DNA of 64,000 nucleotides from Glycera tridactyla (taxonomy: Eukaryota), in contig OZ286463.1 of the NCBI GenBank assembly GCA_965644265.1, positions 27,404,001 to 27,468,000 of the forward strand. The letters are read 5' to 3'. Both the position numbers and the translations under genes were made by a program. Positions within the stretch are counted from its first letter, which is position 1. Each line of letters begins with the position of its first letter. The notes beneath the pieces were generated by a model. The model saw only the letters and a list, made by a program, of their open reading frames with translations. It was not told the DNA's origin and made no database searches. Of this stretch, positions 39,492 through 50,203 are shown in pieces.

Positions 39492-42419
39492 TTAAATATG
39501 CATGAAATTTTTCAGCTTCATTTTAAACTGTTCTGATTCCAACGGTCCAAAATCAGCACACTTGTTGACACACTCATTCCAATACCTACAAGCTCTATAT
39601 CTAAAAGATCCTTCTGTTTGCTTTCTAGATGAAAATTGCATTTGAACATACGGTTTCTCGTGATATCGTGTCTTATAATCATGGGCAGGGACTGACAAAG
39701 TACATAGTTTCTCATACTGTGACGGCACCTGATTCATAATAATATTATTTGCATGTACTATAGTGTGATATCGTCTACGACAGTCCAGGAAAGGCATATC
39801 CAATTCTTCATGTGTAGAGTTACTACTCCTTATCCAATTGCTCATAGTTATAATTCTAAAGGCCTTATTTTGCACTCTTTGCAATTTCATAGAATCCGCC
39901 ACCCCCAGACTGTCATAGACGATATCACAATAATCGAAAATGGGAAGAATGAGCGACTTGTAGAGCATCAGTGTTGTATTTTTATTCAATACACCCCTGA
40001 GTCTCCCAAGTACACCCACCCTTCCCAATGTTTTTGTCCTCATATGTTCAGCATGTTGTGAAAATTTTAGTGAGCTATCCAATATGACACCTAAATACTT
40101 GAAGTGATCCACCTTTTCAATTTCATAATTATTAATAACTATATTAAAGTCACAATTTTGTAATTGTGTTTTTGTTCCAAAACAAATAACTTTGGTTTTC
40201 TTTAAATTCAAGCTCAACTTATTTCGTTGCAACCATTTGCTCACATCTACTAGAGAATTTGTTAATTTAGCTTTGAGATTTTTTGGATCATGATCACTCA
40301 CTAGTATCGCTGTGTCATCAGCATATAGGCTGATACTGGATCCTCTCATGTGATGTGCAACGTCGTTCACATATATCGTGAACAGGAGAGGGCCCAGTAT
40401 CGAACCCTGAGGTACACCGCAGCGTGTATAGTGTTCAGATGACATCACATTATTAACTTTCACCTGGCATCTTCTATCATACAAATAACTTTTAAACCAA
40501 TTCACACATATGTCATCACCACCATATGACTTTAATTTACCTAATAGAATAGCATGGTCCACCGTGTCGAAAGCCTTCTTTAAATCCAAGAAGAGCACCC
40601 CACTGGCCAGGCCATTTTCAATATTGTAGTATATCTTATCTAAAAACTCTAATAGACATGTGCCAGTGGAGCACCCTCCCCTGAAACCTGATTGCTCTCG
40701 ACACAGTAGACCATGGCATTCAAAAAATCCAGCAACCTGTTGATGTACAACTTTTTCTAATAATTTGCTAACAGTACTTAACAAGCTAATAGGACGATAA
40801 TTAGCTTCTACAGAGCGAGAACCTTCTTTATACAAGGGGATAATCGTGGCAATCTTCCAATCTGTTGGAAAAACTCCTGTTGAGATGCTTAAATTAAATA
40901 TACGCGTTAGCAAAGGAGATAATGCAATTGCACAAGATTTAACAATTTTCACTGGAAGACCATCATCTCTGCCTGATTTTGAAGGAGATAATTTTGATAT
41001 CAATTTACGTACCCATTCTTCACATGTCTCCTTCAGGATCAAATTATCATGATTTGAAATTGGAAAATCCTCAAGAGGATCTATCCCATCATCTGGTATT
41101 TTTTTACTAAGGTCCACCCCTATATTGCTAAAAAATGTATTGAGTTTATTTGCAATTTTATCATTTTCAAATTCTTCCCCAATTTTCAATATTCTATTTG
41201 CAGATTGGTCTTTACCCCAAAAACTATTAATGGTTTGCCACATTTTCTTGGGGTTATCTAGATGCTGGGTAAAAGAATCTTCTATGAACTGCCGTTGAAG
41301 GTTTCGTTTCAATTTTTTACATTTCTTCACTATCTCCTTTTTTAACTGCTCGTTTTCTGGAGTTTTTGACAATCTATAGTTCTTACTAGCCATATGCCTT
41401 TCTTTTACCATGTCCAAATATTCTCCATTCAACCATTTTGGCCAATTGGCTGTGACTCTGTGTCTTTTCATTGGTATATGTTTTTCCAAAATATTGTTTA
41501 TTGCCTCATGAAATAACTGAGTACATTCATCTATATCGTCTGCTCTGTAGAAATCTGTCCAATCATGATTTATTATATCCTCACTTACTGCATCAAAGTT
41601 TGTATTTTTGTAATCTTTGAAATAAACAAATTCATCATTTCTTGGTTGCTGAATTTTTTTCCTAGCAACAATGACCATGCTATGGTCAGATAGACCCGTT
41701 TCAAGAACACCGTGTTGATGGTACATGCATTCATCATTTACAATAACATGATCAATAATAGAGCTGGTGAGAGTGGATATCCTTGTGTATTTATCAATTA
41801 GCTGGGATAAATTACAAGATTTTAAACATTTTTTGTAATTTTTACTAATTTTACCATCAGAAAAATCAATATTCACATCACCTATAATTATCTGATCGCA
41901 CACTCTTTGCATACTCAAATCCACCACTGAATCCTCTACCCAATTCATAAATACAGAATGATTGCCATGAGGTGGTCTATAGACCATTCCTAGAAATATA
42001 GGCCTTGTATCAGGTAGGACAATTTTAGTCCAAAGTGCTTCTATGTCAACATTACAAATATCAGAATTTTCAACAAGTTCTACTATTCTATCATTCCTAA
42101 TATAAGCGATTATTCCTCCTCCTTTTTGCCTCATGCTTGCAGCAGTTCTATCAGCTCTTATAGTGTAATATCCAGGGATCTGAACTTGTGAATCATTAAT
42201 AATACTAGTCAAAAAGGTTTCAGTCAATACCAGTACATCTATATTGGATTGTAGAAGGATTAGCCTAATATCATCAATTTTCTTCATAATGCTACAGATA
42301 TTCAAATGTGCTATCTTAAATCCTTTAAGTTTTGGTATATCACATGTCGTATTCAATTCTATTGTAGATCTTTTAATTGATTCTTTAGGAGGTTGCTTTG
42401 CTGTGGTTTGTCCAGGCAT
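39492..42419 (-). CDS. CR1 ORF2: AP endonuclease and reverse transcriptase, 975 aa, intact
   Basis: APE motifs HLNICSI, LTETFL, GGGIIAYI, YRPP, GDVNID, IDHVI, LSDHS. RT motifs NYRPISLL, QSGFR, LDLKKAFDTVDH, GVPQGSILGPLLF, YADDT, KYLGV. C-terminal FRYRACRYWN. Confidence 0.97.
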   Translation of the reverse strand: MPGQTTAKQPPKESIKRSTIELNTTCDIPKLKGFKIAHLNICSIMKKIDDIRLILLQSNIDVLVLTETFLTSIINDSQVQIPGYYTIRADRTAASMRQKGGGIIAYIRNDRIVELVENSDICNVDIEALWTKIVLPDTRPIFLGMVYRPPHGNHSVFMNWVEDSVVDLSMQRVCDQIIIGDVNIDFSDGKISKNYKKCLKSCNLSQLIDKYTRISTLTSSIIDHVIVNDECMYHQHGVLETGLSDHSMVIVARKKIQQPRNDEFVYFKDYKNTNFDAVSEDIINHDWTDFYRADDIDECTQLFHEAINNILEKHIPMKRHRVTANWPKWLNGEYLDMVKERHMASKNYRLSKTPENEQLKKEIVKKCKKLKRNLQRQFIEDSFTQHLDNPKKMWQTINSFWGKDQSANRILKIGEEFENDKIANKLNTFFSNIGVDLSKKIPDDGIDPLEDFPISNHDNLILKETCEEWVRKLISKLSPSKSGRDDGLPVKIVKSCAIALSPLLTRIFNLSISTGVFPTDWKIATIIPLYKEGSRSVEANYRPISLLSTVSKLLEKVVHQQVAGFFECHGLLCREQSGFRGGCSTGTCLLEFLDKIYYNIENGLASGVLFLDLKKAFDTVDHAILLGKLKSYGGDDICVNWFKSYLYDRRCQVKVNNVMSSEHYTRCGVPQGSILGPLLFTIYVNDVAHHMRGSSISLYADDTAILVSDHDPKNLKAKLTNSLVDVSKWLQRNKLSLNLKKTKVICFGTKTQLQNCDFNIVINNYEIEKVDHFKYLGVILDSSLKFSQHAEHMRTKTLGRVGVLGRLRGVLNKNTTLMLYKSLILPIFDYCDIVYDSLGVADSMKLQRVQNKAFRIITMSNWIRSSNSTHEELDMPFLDCRRRYHTIVHANNIIMNQVPSQYEKLCTLSVPAHDYKTRYHEKPYVQMQFSSRKQTEGSFRYRACRYWNECVNKCADFGPLESEQFKMKLKNFMHI

Positions 42420-43997
42420 TATGTATGGTTAGTAAAGAAAGAGAGAGTAGATTAATTTGATAAATTTCGCTAATTATATTAGCTCTAATGCAAGACAAGA
42501 TGGTTGCGAAATGAGTATGCTCCAAGAATGACTTCCAGGGGAATAGACTCTGTGTGAGGTAGTATCCCTGTTCATGGGGATACATATTTAATTACACAAA
42601 AAATTATTTTGACTAATTTTTAAAATAATCTAACTGACCACATGAGGTACATGGGTTGCAATTGGGATTCTAATTGGCACAATATGCTCAAAAATCTCAC
42701 AAGGACGTCAAAATAAACAAACAAATTATTCTCAGATCCAACATCCTGAATCAATCCTGAATCAAAACAGCGGCTAGAGACCAGATAGGGAAACTGAGAA
42801 AGGACAAAATGCAAAATACAAAATACAAAATGATGGTGAGGACAAAAATGCCAATGAACAATGTAAATCAGTTGCAAAAAGGAAAATAAAGTAAGATTTT
42901 TTCAGAAAATAGAAATATCAAAAATACCAAATATTGAAAATAAATCGTAAGTGGAAACTGCTCATATTGGCATCATAATCACATTCCTTCTCTCAGCAGA
43001 ATTTAGACAGGTCATAAGACAGATCATAAGACAAAACATCCATAGCTTCCACTCAATATAATAATACTCATATTTCAAGTCAATTTACTATGGAATTGGT
43101 TTTCTCATTAACATCATTTTTCATGTATCCAGATCATTTTTGAAATTGCTCATCATACTCCTTGAGACTCACACTACTAGCATATACCAAGTTCTAGCAA
43201 TTCATTTGTGCATTCAATAATCATTGTGATTATAATTATAGTCACCTCATTCTTGAGTACCTGAATACTTAAACCGAAGTTTTCAATGACCAATGGGTTC
43301 TATTTTCCCAGTATTTCCAGCACCTCCACTCAAACCCAGCAGACCACAGTATGTATATAGGAGTGTCAGTGAGTGGATGTGCCTTCAATCAGTTAAATTT
43401 GGTCTGTCATGTTCATCATCCATAAATAAGACATAGTAGACCACAGCATGTATGTAGGAGTACCAGTATACCAGTGGATGGAAGATTTCATAAATAAAAT
43501 GAAATTTAATCTAAAATCACATTTTCAGGCATTCTATTGCACAATACGGGACCTCAGCAACTCAGTCTAATATCAATTCTCTATTCAGTTACTGGGTAAG
43601 TCCTAGTCAATAGACAGCTAGAAGAAAGAAAACATTCAAAACACACACTGGATATAACTAATCTGTGATTACACCCGCTATTATTATCTCACATCTATTA
43701 CAATTGACCTTTCAAGCTCATCTTTTAATATTGTATAAATCAGTCGGAGTAGACATCTTGCATCAATTCTCCATTACAACCTGGAGACAAAGTACTCATG
43801 CAGCTCTACACCATAACCACACCTGGATGGTTTAAAGGTTACTTACAATAGTGGTTACAAATTCGGTCCGAAGAAAATACTCATCTCTATACATCTTCAT
43901 TGCTGGTCGACTTAGAACATCTGATTACACTACAATCACACAGAAGTTGGAATGAAGTATACATCTTTAATTATCTACCAACAGAGAGAGAAGGCAG

Positions 43998-44915
43998 TCA
44001 GATCGCAGGAAACCAGTTACCCAATATTTGACCAATTATCGATATTGCAAGGCCCTGATTTCCGTACTTATTCAAATGAATCCTATCTGGTTGAAACATT
44101 CCACACAGAATATCTCCGTGTTTGCATGGTTTTCTTCTACCAATAGGAAGGGATTGCAAATTTTGTGTTGTGTTGTTTGTCTTGTGTGTTTTCACAAATA
44201 ATTGGTGAGTATTGAGAACCTTGACAGTATGTACAGACATAGGTGGATTTTGTCTTTTACGAATAAAGTTGTCCACCCATACTGCCAAGGCTCTGGCCTC
44301 ATCACCCCATACTGGTCTCCATGTGATAGGTATTGTACATAGTTTAGATTCTGGAAACTCCTTTCTCAATAGTGCAAGCACTGTAATAACATCATGTACA
44401 ATCTTATTGAAATTTGTGATTCTCAGTGCTCTAATCTCCCTCATCAAAATTCTAGGATCCCTGGTTCTATTTGTCAAATTGTTCACTTTTTGGTTGTAGC
44501 GATCAATGTCATTCGATCCCAGAACAAGCACTATGTAGTTTGGATTTATCTGCATTTTCTTGAGCTTTGACAAGGTATTCCCATATCGATGCAGCTTCTT
44601 CAATCCATGTTTTGTCTTGCTAAAGACACCAGTCATTTCATTGGCAAAGGTACCCCATCCCGCACCACTGATGCCATAGTAGTGCCATTCTAGCAGTAGA
44701 GGTTTAATGCTAGAAGTATCTGGTAGTTCTTTTTTCACAAAATCACCCATTCTCCAAACATGACTGCTTCCCAGTATGAGAACATCCGGATGGTCATAGT
44801 TGTCAAGTAGATGGTGCCTGCGCGTTACTGGGCAAGTTGCTGATACCAGGTTCACTCGTTCCCTAGCTATATGCTCAGCCTCGTTCAGGTTTTTCTGCAA
44901 GGAAATCAAATGGGT
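43998..44915 (-). CDS. SGNH esterase ORF of the LINE (303-305 aa), with no ATG upstream of the catalytic Ser
   Basis: Block I VLILGSSHV, block II YGISGAG, block III VLVLGSNDI, block V FQPDRIHLNKYG. The ORF opens after TAG 44918-44916. The track start at 44909 is a TTG. Confidence 0.88.
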   Translation of the reverse strand, partial: THLISLQKNLNEAEHIARERVNLVSATCPVTRRHHLLDNYDHPDVLILGSSHVWRMGDFVKKELPDTSSIKPLLLEWHYYGISGAGWGTFANEMTGVFSKTKHGLKKLHRYGNTLSKLKKMQINPNYIVLVLGSNDIDRYNQKVNNLTNRTRDPRILMREIRALRITNFNKIVHDVITVLALLRKEFPESKLCTIPITWRPVWGDEARALAVWVDNFIRKRQNPPMSVHTVKVLNTHQLFVKTHKTNNTTQNLQSLPIGRRKPCKHGDILCGMFQPDRIHLNKYGNQGLAISIIGQILGNWFPAI

Positions 44916-45428
44916 CTATATAGAACTCTTATTTAACAATCTTAGGGTACATAATCATTTTTTACATCTAGAAGAGACGATATTTATTAATATATAAACA
45001 AATTTAAATTATACTAATACATGTCTACGTTATAGTGTATTCCATGTATTACATCAATTTTCCATTCTAGATATTAATCCAGTAGCAATTGGTCTAGATA
45101 TGACTTTAAGTGTTATATGATATGGTTAAAGGTTCATTGTTACTCTCGCTCTTTCAGCATGTGTAGCTGTATTTACAAGAGAAATATAAGGTGACACGCG
45201 CACGTGTGCGCGCCACGTGCTTAACCGTGATAAATTTCTCTCATACGAGCAATAGTCGCACTATACATACTGCCGCAATGACTTACTACATTGACGAAGC
45301 CCTGAAGACGATCTATATGTCTACGTTCGGTGATATAACGTGTCGTGGATGCCATAATGTAGAGAAAACAACGAAGAATTAATCTAATAGTCTGTCCGCT
45401 TTCATTTCCGGTGATGGTCTGTTCGAAG

Positions 45429-47474
45429 CTATTGCTTACGTCCACCGCGATTTGAACCGCGGTTTCGCCTTCCGCGAACTGTTCGAAAATCATCAGCCCG
45501 TGATACCGAACCATTTACCTGCTCCTCTCCTGAATTTTGTACTAGGCTAGGAAATTCTTCTGGATCTAGGAAATAAGATTCTATTCCTTTAGTTTTCTTA
45601 TATTTTGATTTATTTTCTAAATTAGTTTTTTCTTTTCCTGCTATGCGAGTTCTAATATTTTTCAGTGAAATTGCTATATCCTTTATATCCTTTACAGGTT
45701 CAGAATTTTCTCCCTCCACTGTTTTATGATCAGTGGTTAGAGTAGCATCATGTGCTTTTGTAGTATCATTCTCTGGGGTTTCTTTCTCAAGGGCTTGTGC
45801 CTCATCCCTTACTGTCAGCTCATTAGTGTTATGACCTCCCTTATTTATTGCACTCAAGAGTGATTGATCATTAGTTAACAAAATCTTTGGCAGCTCCCTT
45901 CCATGCGAGACAAAAACTCTCCCATCCTGCGTCCATACGTTACTTAGCAACCCTTTGCCTTTGGCATCTTTGGCAGAATGGAATAGCTTAGCCTCCCAGG
46001 GAGTGAGTTGCTCCCTTAAGAAATATTCTGTTCCCCTCAATTTTGCTTTCTGCTTCAAAATTTGCCTTCTAAGTTCAATAGTTGATGCCCTGATTTTTAC
46101 TGAACGTGGTCGATTTTCACGCACAGGCCCATACCTGACAACTTGACATATATCACCCACTCTTAATTTTAGATCAGTTTCCTTGTTAAAGAATTCAATC
46201 ACATGATCATGTAAGGTGGTGTTCTTGTTTACAGGTAGACCCTCTATTATGACAACATTCATTCTTTCAATTTTCTGCAATGCGTCAACATCATATTCTG
46301 TCTGGTCAATGCGATCATGGTGTTCACTCACTAACAGTGATATCTGACCTAGGGCTTCTCGAACATTATCCATAAACCCTTCATCACCATACGTTGGTGT
46401 CTCTATGGTGGCAATGTCCCTCTTTAGTTCAATCAGTTCTTGGTTAACAGATGCTGACATCATGGCTAGTTCATTTCCAAGAGTCTTGATTTCTTTTTGT
46501 TGTTTTTCCACCACTTGTACTAGTTGCTGATGTTTAGTGAGAAGTTCAGCCTTACAGCGCATTGTGCTGTGATTTACAGAGGTCTCTACGTAGTTCTCCA
46601 TCTCTGTCTTGAAGCGATACTCAACCTCTGGTATAATTAGTTCCATATTTTGTTGAACATGTTGATATGCATGTCGCTGTAGATACTCAGATGAAATTGT
46701 TTCAATTTCATGTTTTTCGCTACCCACTGGGATAATGCTTTGGGATAAGTGATATTGTACCTTGTCTGATATTATTCTACTGAAGGTATTGGACTCCAAG
46801 TAGGCATTTACTCCCACTTTTATACTCAGTTCCAAAGCAGTCTCGGGAGTTGTAGCATGAACCTCAACACTTGCCGCAGCTGCCAAATACTCATCACCAT
46901 TTGTCGTGGATTTCATCATTACTATATCCTGTAATACACCACTTGGAGGTATTGATTCACCATAATCACCAACAGATTTAATAGTGACAGATTCATCGGG
47001 GATATAGCAAGATGCATTTGTTGTCACTTTATTCTGAGCATCTGGAACGGTTTCCTCATCATCGGTAACACACGTGTTTTTGTGGCGCGCACGTGTTGCG
47101 ATTCCTGCTATTGAAAGCCCCGTGTCATCTTCGGCTGTCTTCGTAACTTCTCGGTCTGGGCACTCCGACTCGTCACCCTCTTCCTCGCTTTGTATGGCAA
47201 ACGATTCAAAATGGCTTGATTCACTCGACGTTGTTTCTAGTTGACTTATAGTATCCATTTTCTTCTGTGTGGAGACCATATTCAGTTCTGATTCATTGAA
47301 TGATTCGTGAATATCATCAAAAGAATCAACTCTCGCAACCTGATTCATTGACGTGCTTAGTTTTGTTCTTTTGTCTTCTAAAATAGACGTATCGCTATCG
47401 GGACTTAGAACACGCTTGTTTCCAGTATCAGCGACTACCGGCGTACCAACCTGTCCACACTCTACGTTCGACAT
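45429..47474 (-). CDS. LINE ORF1: acidic disordered N-terminus, coiled coil, L1-ORF1p/Transposase_22-like RRM and CTD (681 aa from the ATG at 47474)
   Basis: Coiled coil KHQQLVQVVEKQQKEIKTLGNEL. RRM NVVIIEGLP...RYG...RPRSVKIR. CTD YFLREQLTP...VWTQDGRVFV. Basic tail. The track start at 47486 is a TTG. Confidence 0.88.
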   Translation of the reverse strand: MSNVECGQVGTPVVADTGNKRVLSPDSDTSILEDKRTKLSTSMNQVARVDSFDDIHESFNESELNMVSTQKKMDTISQLETTSSESSHFESFAIQSEEEGDESECPDREVTKTAEDDTGLSIAGIATRARHKNTCVTDDEETVPDAQNKVTTNASCYIPDESVTIKSVGDYGESIPPSGVLQDIVMMKSTTNGDEYLAAAASVEVHATTPETALELSIKVGVNAYLESNTFSRIISDKVQYHLSQSIIPVGSEKHEIETISSEYLQRHAYQHVQQNMELIIPEVEYRFKTEMENYVETSVNHSTMRCKAELLTKHQQLVQVVEKQQKEIKTLGNELAMMSASVNQELIELKRDIATIETPTYGDEGFMDNVREALGQISLLVSEHHDRIDQTEYDVDALQKIERMNVVIIEGLPVNKNTTLHDHVIEFFNKETDLKLRVGDICQVVRYGPVRENRPRSVKIRASTIELRRQILKQKAKLRGTEYFLREQLTPWEAKLFHSAKDAKGKGLLSNVWTQDGRVFVSHGRELPKILLTNDQSLLSAINKGGHNTNELTVRDEAQALEKETPENDTTKAHDATLTTDHKTVEGENSEPVKDIKDIAISLKNIRTRIAGKEKTNLENKSKYKKTKGIESYFLDPEEFPSLVQNSGEEQVNGSVSRADDFRTVRGRRNRGSNRGGRKQ

Positions 47475-47879
47475 GTCTACTTCCAAAGTTATTGTGTGAT
47501 ATAATTACTCCATATCTCATTTCGTATGTCTTGAACATCTATAATCCAATTAATCCCCTGTTCCCAGGTATCTCATGTGTGTATCAGTCCATTTACAACA
47601 TCGTACAGTTATCCATTACGCAGGTACACAGCTTGTAATTCCCCGGAACATTCACGGCCGTGTTTACCCGTCAGCCATCTTGTTGCCATATATATATGCA
47701 TGTATGTGAAAAAAACTGTAGTACCATGCAAACTCCTATACTTTCACCTCTACCTCCCCTCACATCCTTTCTAACTCTCCCCTATCTGATTCTTCCTTTC
47801 CACCTGTATTTGCTCATCCTCCATTTCACCCCACCCAGTTCATCTTCTCATTTGCCACCCACTCCTCTGCCCACCTATT

Positions 47880-50203
47880 TAGAAAATAGACAATTGACAA
47901 TAGAAAAAACTTTATTTAATTTTAGACAGGGTGGCCTTACAAAGATAAACGACCTTTAAGAATACAAGTATAACCCAACATATATACACACAAAACAACA
48001 CAAGCGAAACAGCTGACCCTACTTTACAACTATATAAGATAATCGTGGTTTACAGTCCATACCAGGATCCAAAATCCTATCCTTCCTGTGACGAGTACAC
48101 ATATAAGATTTTCGAGGTAATCATTGACCAACAAAATGAGATCATGACATACTGGGCGGTAGAGACAATTCACATATACAAACTTCACCATATCAAATAA
48201 TATCCGTGGCGATGAATGAACCATATGATTCTGTCACAAAATTTCGGCGATCATAATAAATGTAAACTTTGAGCAGCTTCCGAGAAATAAAATATTTGAG
48301 TCAAGGATCTAGAATCTAGAAACTAGAGTCCAGAGTCCAGAGTCTGGGGTCATCTGACAACACCATATGGCTTGTCAAATGATGATGCACAAGTTTCACT
48401 GATCAATTAAGTGAAAGATTGAGTAAATGACTGCTGTATCATATGAGATACATTATACCCGCAGTGAGAGTCAGAAGCCAGACGTCAATACCCAAATTGA
48501 AGACACCGGTGATGCAAGGAACATATAATATATCTTAATCTGGGTTCACCTGACAACACCAAATGGCATGTCACGTGGCGATGATCAAGTTCCCTCGAGT
48601 AAATAAGTGAATTAATGAGTGAGTGGCCGCTGTCATAAATAAAATACATTATCACCAGGTAAGTCTAAATCCAGATATGCAGCATTATCAAGAAAATCAG
48701 TGACATAGTAATACAAGGAAAATAGAGTCATGGAACCAAATGTGCCTGACTTATATTCGAATCACAAGAGTAGGCAATTAATGAGTGACCACAGAGGGCA
48801 CGATGCCTAAGCACATGGTACACAGTTACAAGTTGGACTGTCTCGAGAAATATAGCCGATATTGCTTTCAAAAGTCATGAGTGGCAACCTCTAGAGCAGG
48901 ATATAAGCAAAAAGATAGCCCGCAGCGCCATCTGTGGGAGCGGAGCCCTTTTCACACTCATTATGGGTAGCAAAAGGAATTATCTCTCATAGAACCTCTT
49001 TAGATTGGACTTAAAACTGGCAATTGAGCCGGCAGTCCGTATTCTAATGGGAGCGTATTCCACATGGCACCACATGCAATGAAAAAGTTACTATCAACAA
49101 TCCTCAATTTGGTCTTTGGGATCCTTAAAAGCTCAGCACTATCAGATCTAGTGATGCGAGATGTTCTCATCTGGTAAATAAGAGTACTTAAACCTACTTA
49201 GTTCTGTAAGGCGCTTAGATCAATTACCACTTGATATGTTATAAAGTTCCCAGAGTCCATGTATTTCCCTTCGTTTTGCAATATCAGTGAGGCCACTTTC
49301 ATCTAATAATTTGGCCGACGATGTGCTCATGTCTTCACATAGGACAGCCCGCAAGCAATTATTGTGAGAGACCTTACTTTTCTGCTGATCACTGAGGCCC
49401 AGTAGTAGGATATCCGCGTAATCAAAGAGAGGCGTGATCAATGCTTGTGCCAGATGTTTAGCGAGCTTTGTGTCAATGTGGCTACGGACATGCCACAGAA
49501 GGCCAGTGCGAGATTTGACTTTTTTAACGACACTATCAACATGATTCGAGAATGATATTTGAGGATCAAGTTTAACCCCTAGATATTTAAAACAAGATAA
49601 TCTCTCGGACCCCAGGACATGATTGATATCAGAAGTCATACTAGCAAGCTTCTGTCGAGTGCCAAACTGCATGTATTCAGACCTGTCCCGGTTCAGCGTA
49701 AGCCGATTGCATGAAAACCAGCGATCAAGTGCAAGAATATCTGGCTCTAATCTAGCAACAATTTCCTCTTCACATGTGCCTGTTGCAAGGATAGCGGTAT
49801 CATCCGCATACATGTAGACTTGATAATATTTGACCAAATTCAGCATATCATTAATATATAAAACAAAAAGGAGGGGTCCATTCTGACACTCCAATGTCCA
49901 CAAGTCTAGAGTTAGAAGATTCAGAGCCAAACTTGGTGCACTGGCGACGTCCATACAGATAAGACTCAAACCATGAAACAGCAGAGTTTCTAAAACCAAG
50001 TAATTTCAGTTTCTTAAGAAAAAGATTGTGATCCACAGTATCGAAGGCCTTAGCCAGGTCCAGGAAGACCACACCACAGCCAAGCCCTTTATCCATATTG
50101 TCATAAACGGTATTACAAAAATCAATCAAACAGCCAACAGTGGAGTGGTTCTTCCTGAAACCCGACTGGGCCTCCGATAACAATTCATACTTAGCTAGGT
50201 AGG
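47880..50203 (-). mobile_element. 5'-truncated CR1 copy (frameshifted RT 3' half and ~1.1-kb 3'UTR) with an 8-bp TSD
   Basis: LLSEAQSGFRKNHST, LDLAKAFDTVDH, YADDT, KYLGV and MWNTLP (~49030). Tail aaataaagttttttctattgtcaattgtctatt. TSD cacctatt at 47872-47879 and 50204-50211. The UTR contains a ~197-bp degenerate duplication (48343 and 48540). Confidence 0.88.

Larger units (their letters stand above)
39064..47688 (-). mobile_element. Full-length, apparently intact three-ORF CR1-clade LINE (~8.6 kb)
   Basis: The 5' end ggcaacaagatggctgacgg carries a YY1-like AAGATGGC (47674-47681). Three stop-free ORFs. The 3' end is aataaagaaatatcaatcaatca. It is flanked by tatatatat at 39055-39063 and 47689-47697 (TSD or (TA)n target). 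Confidence 0.9.

Noticed and set aside
45019-45326. Repeated AACGTAGACAT motif (minus strand) resembling the ORF1 start context gtagacATG
   Set aside because: The ATG at 45022 is out of frame with the esterase and stops after two codons. It may be chance.
39518-47959. Numerous 60-100 aa ORFs antisense to or overlapping the LINE ORFs, and similar ones inside 50816-59254
   Set aside because: Shadow ORFs of long coding frames, with no independent features.
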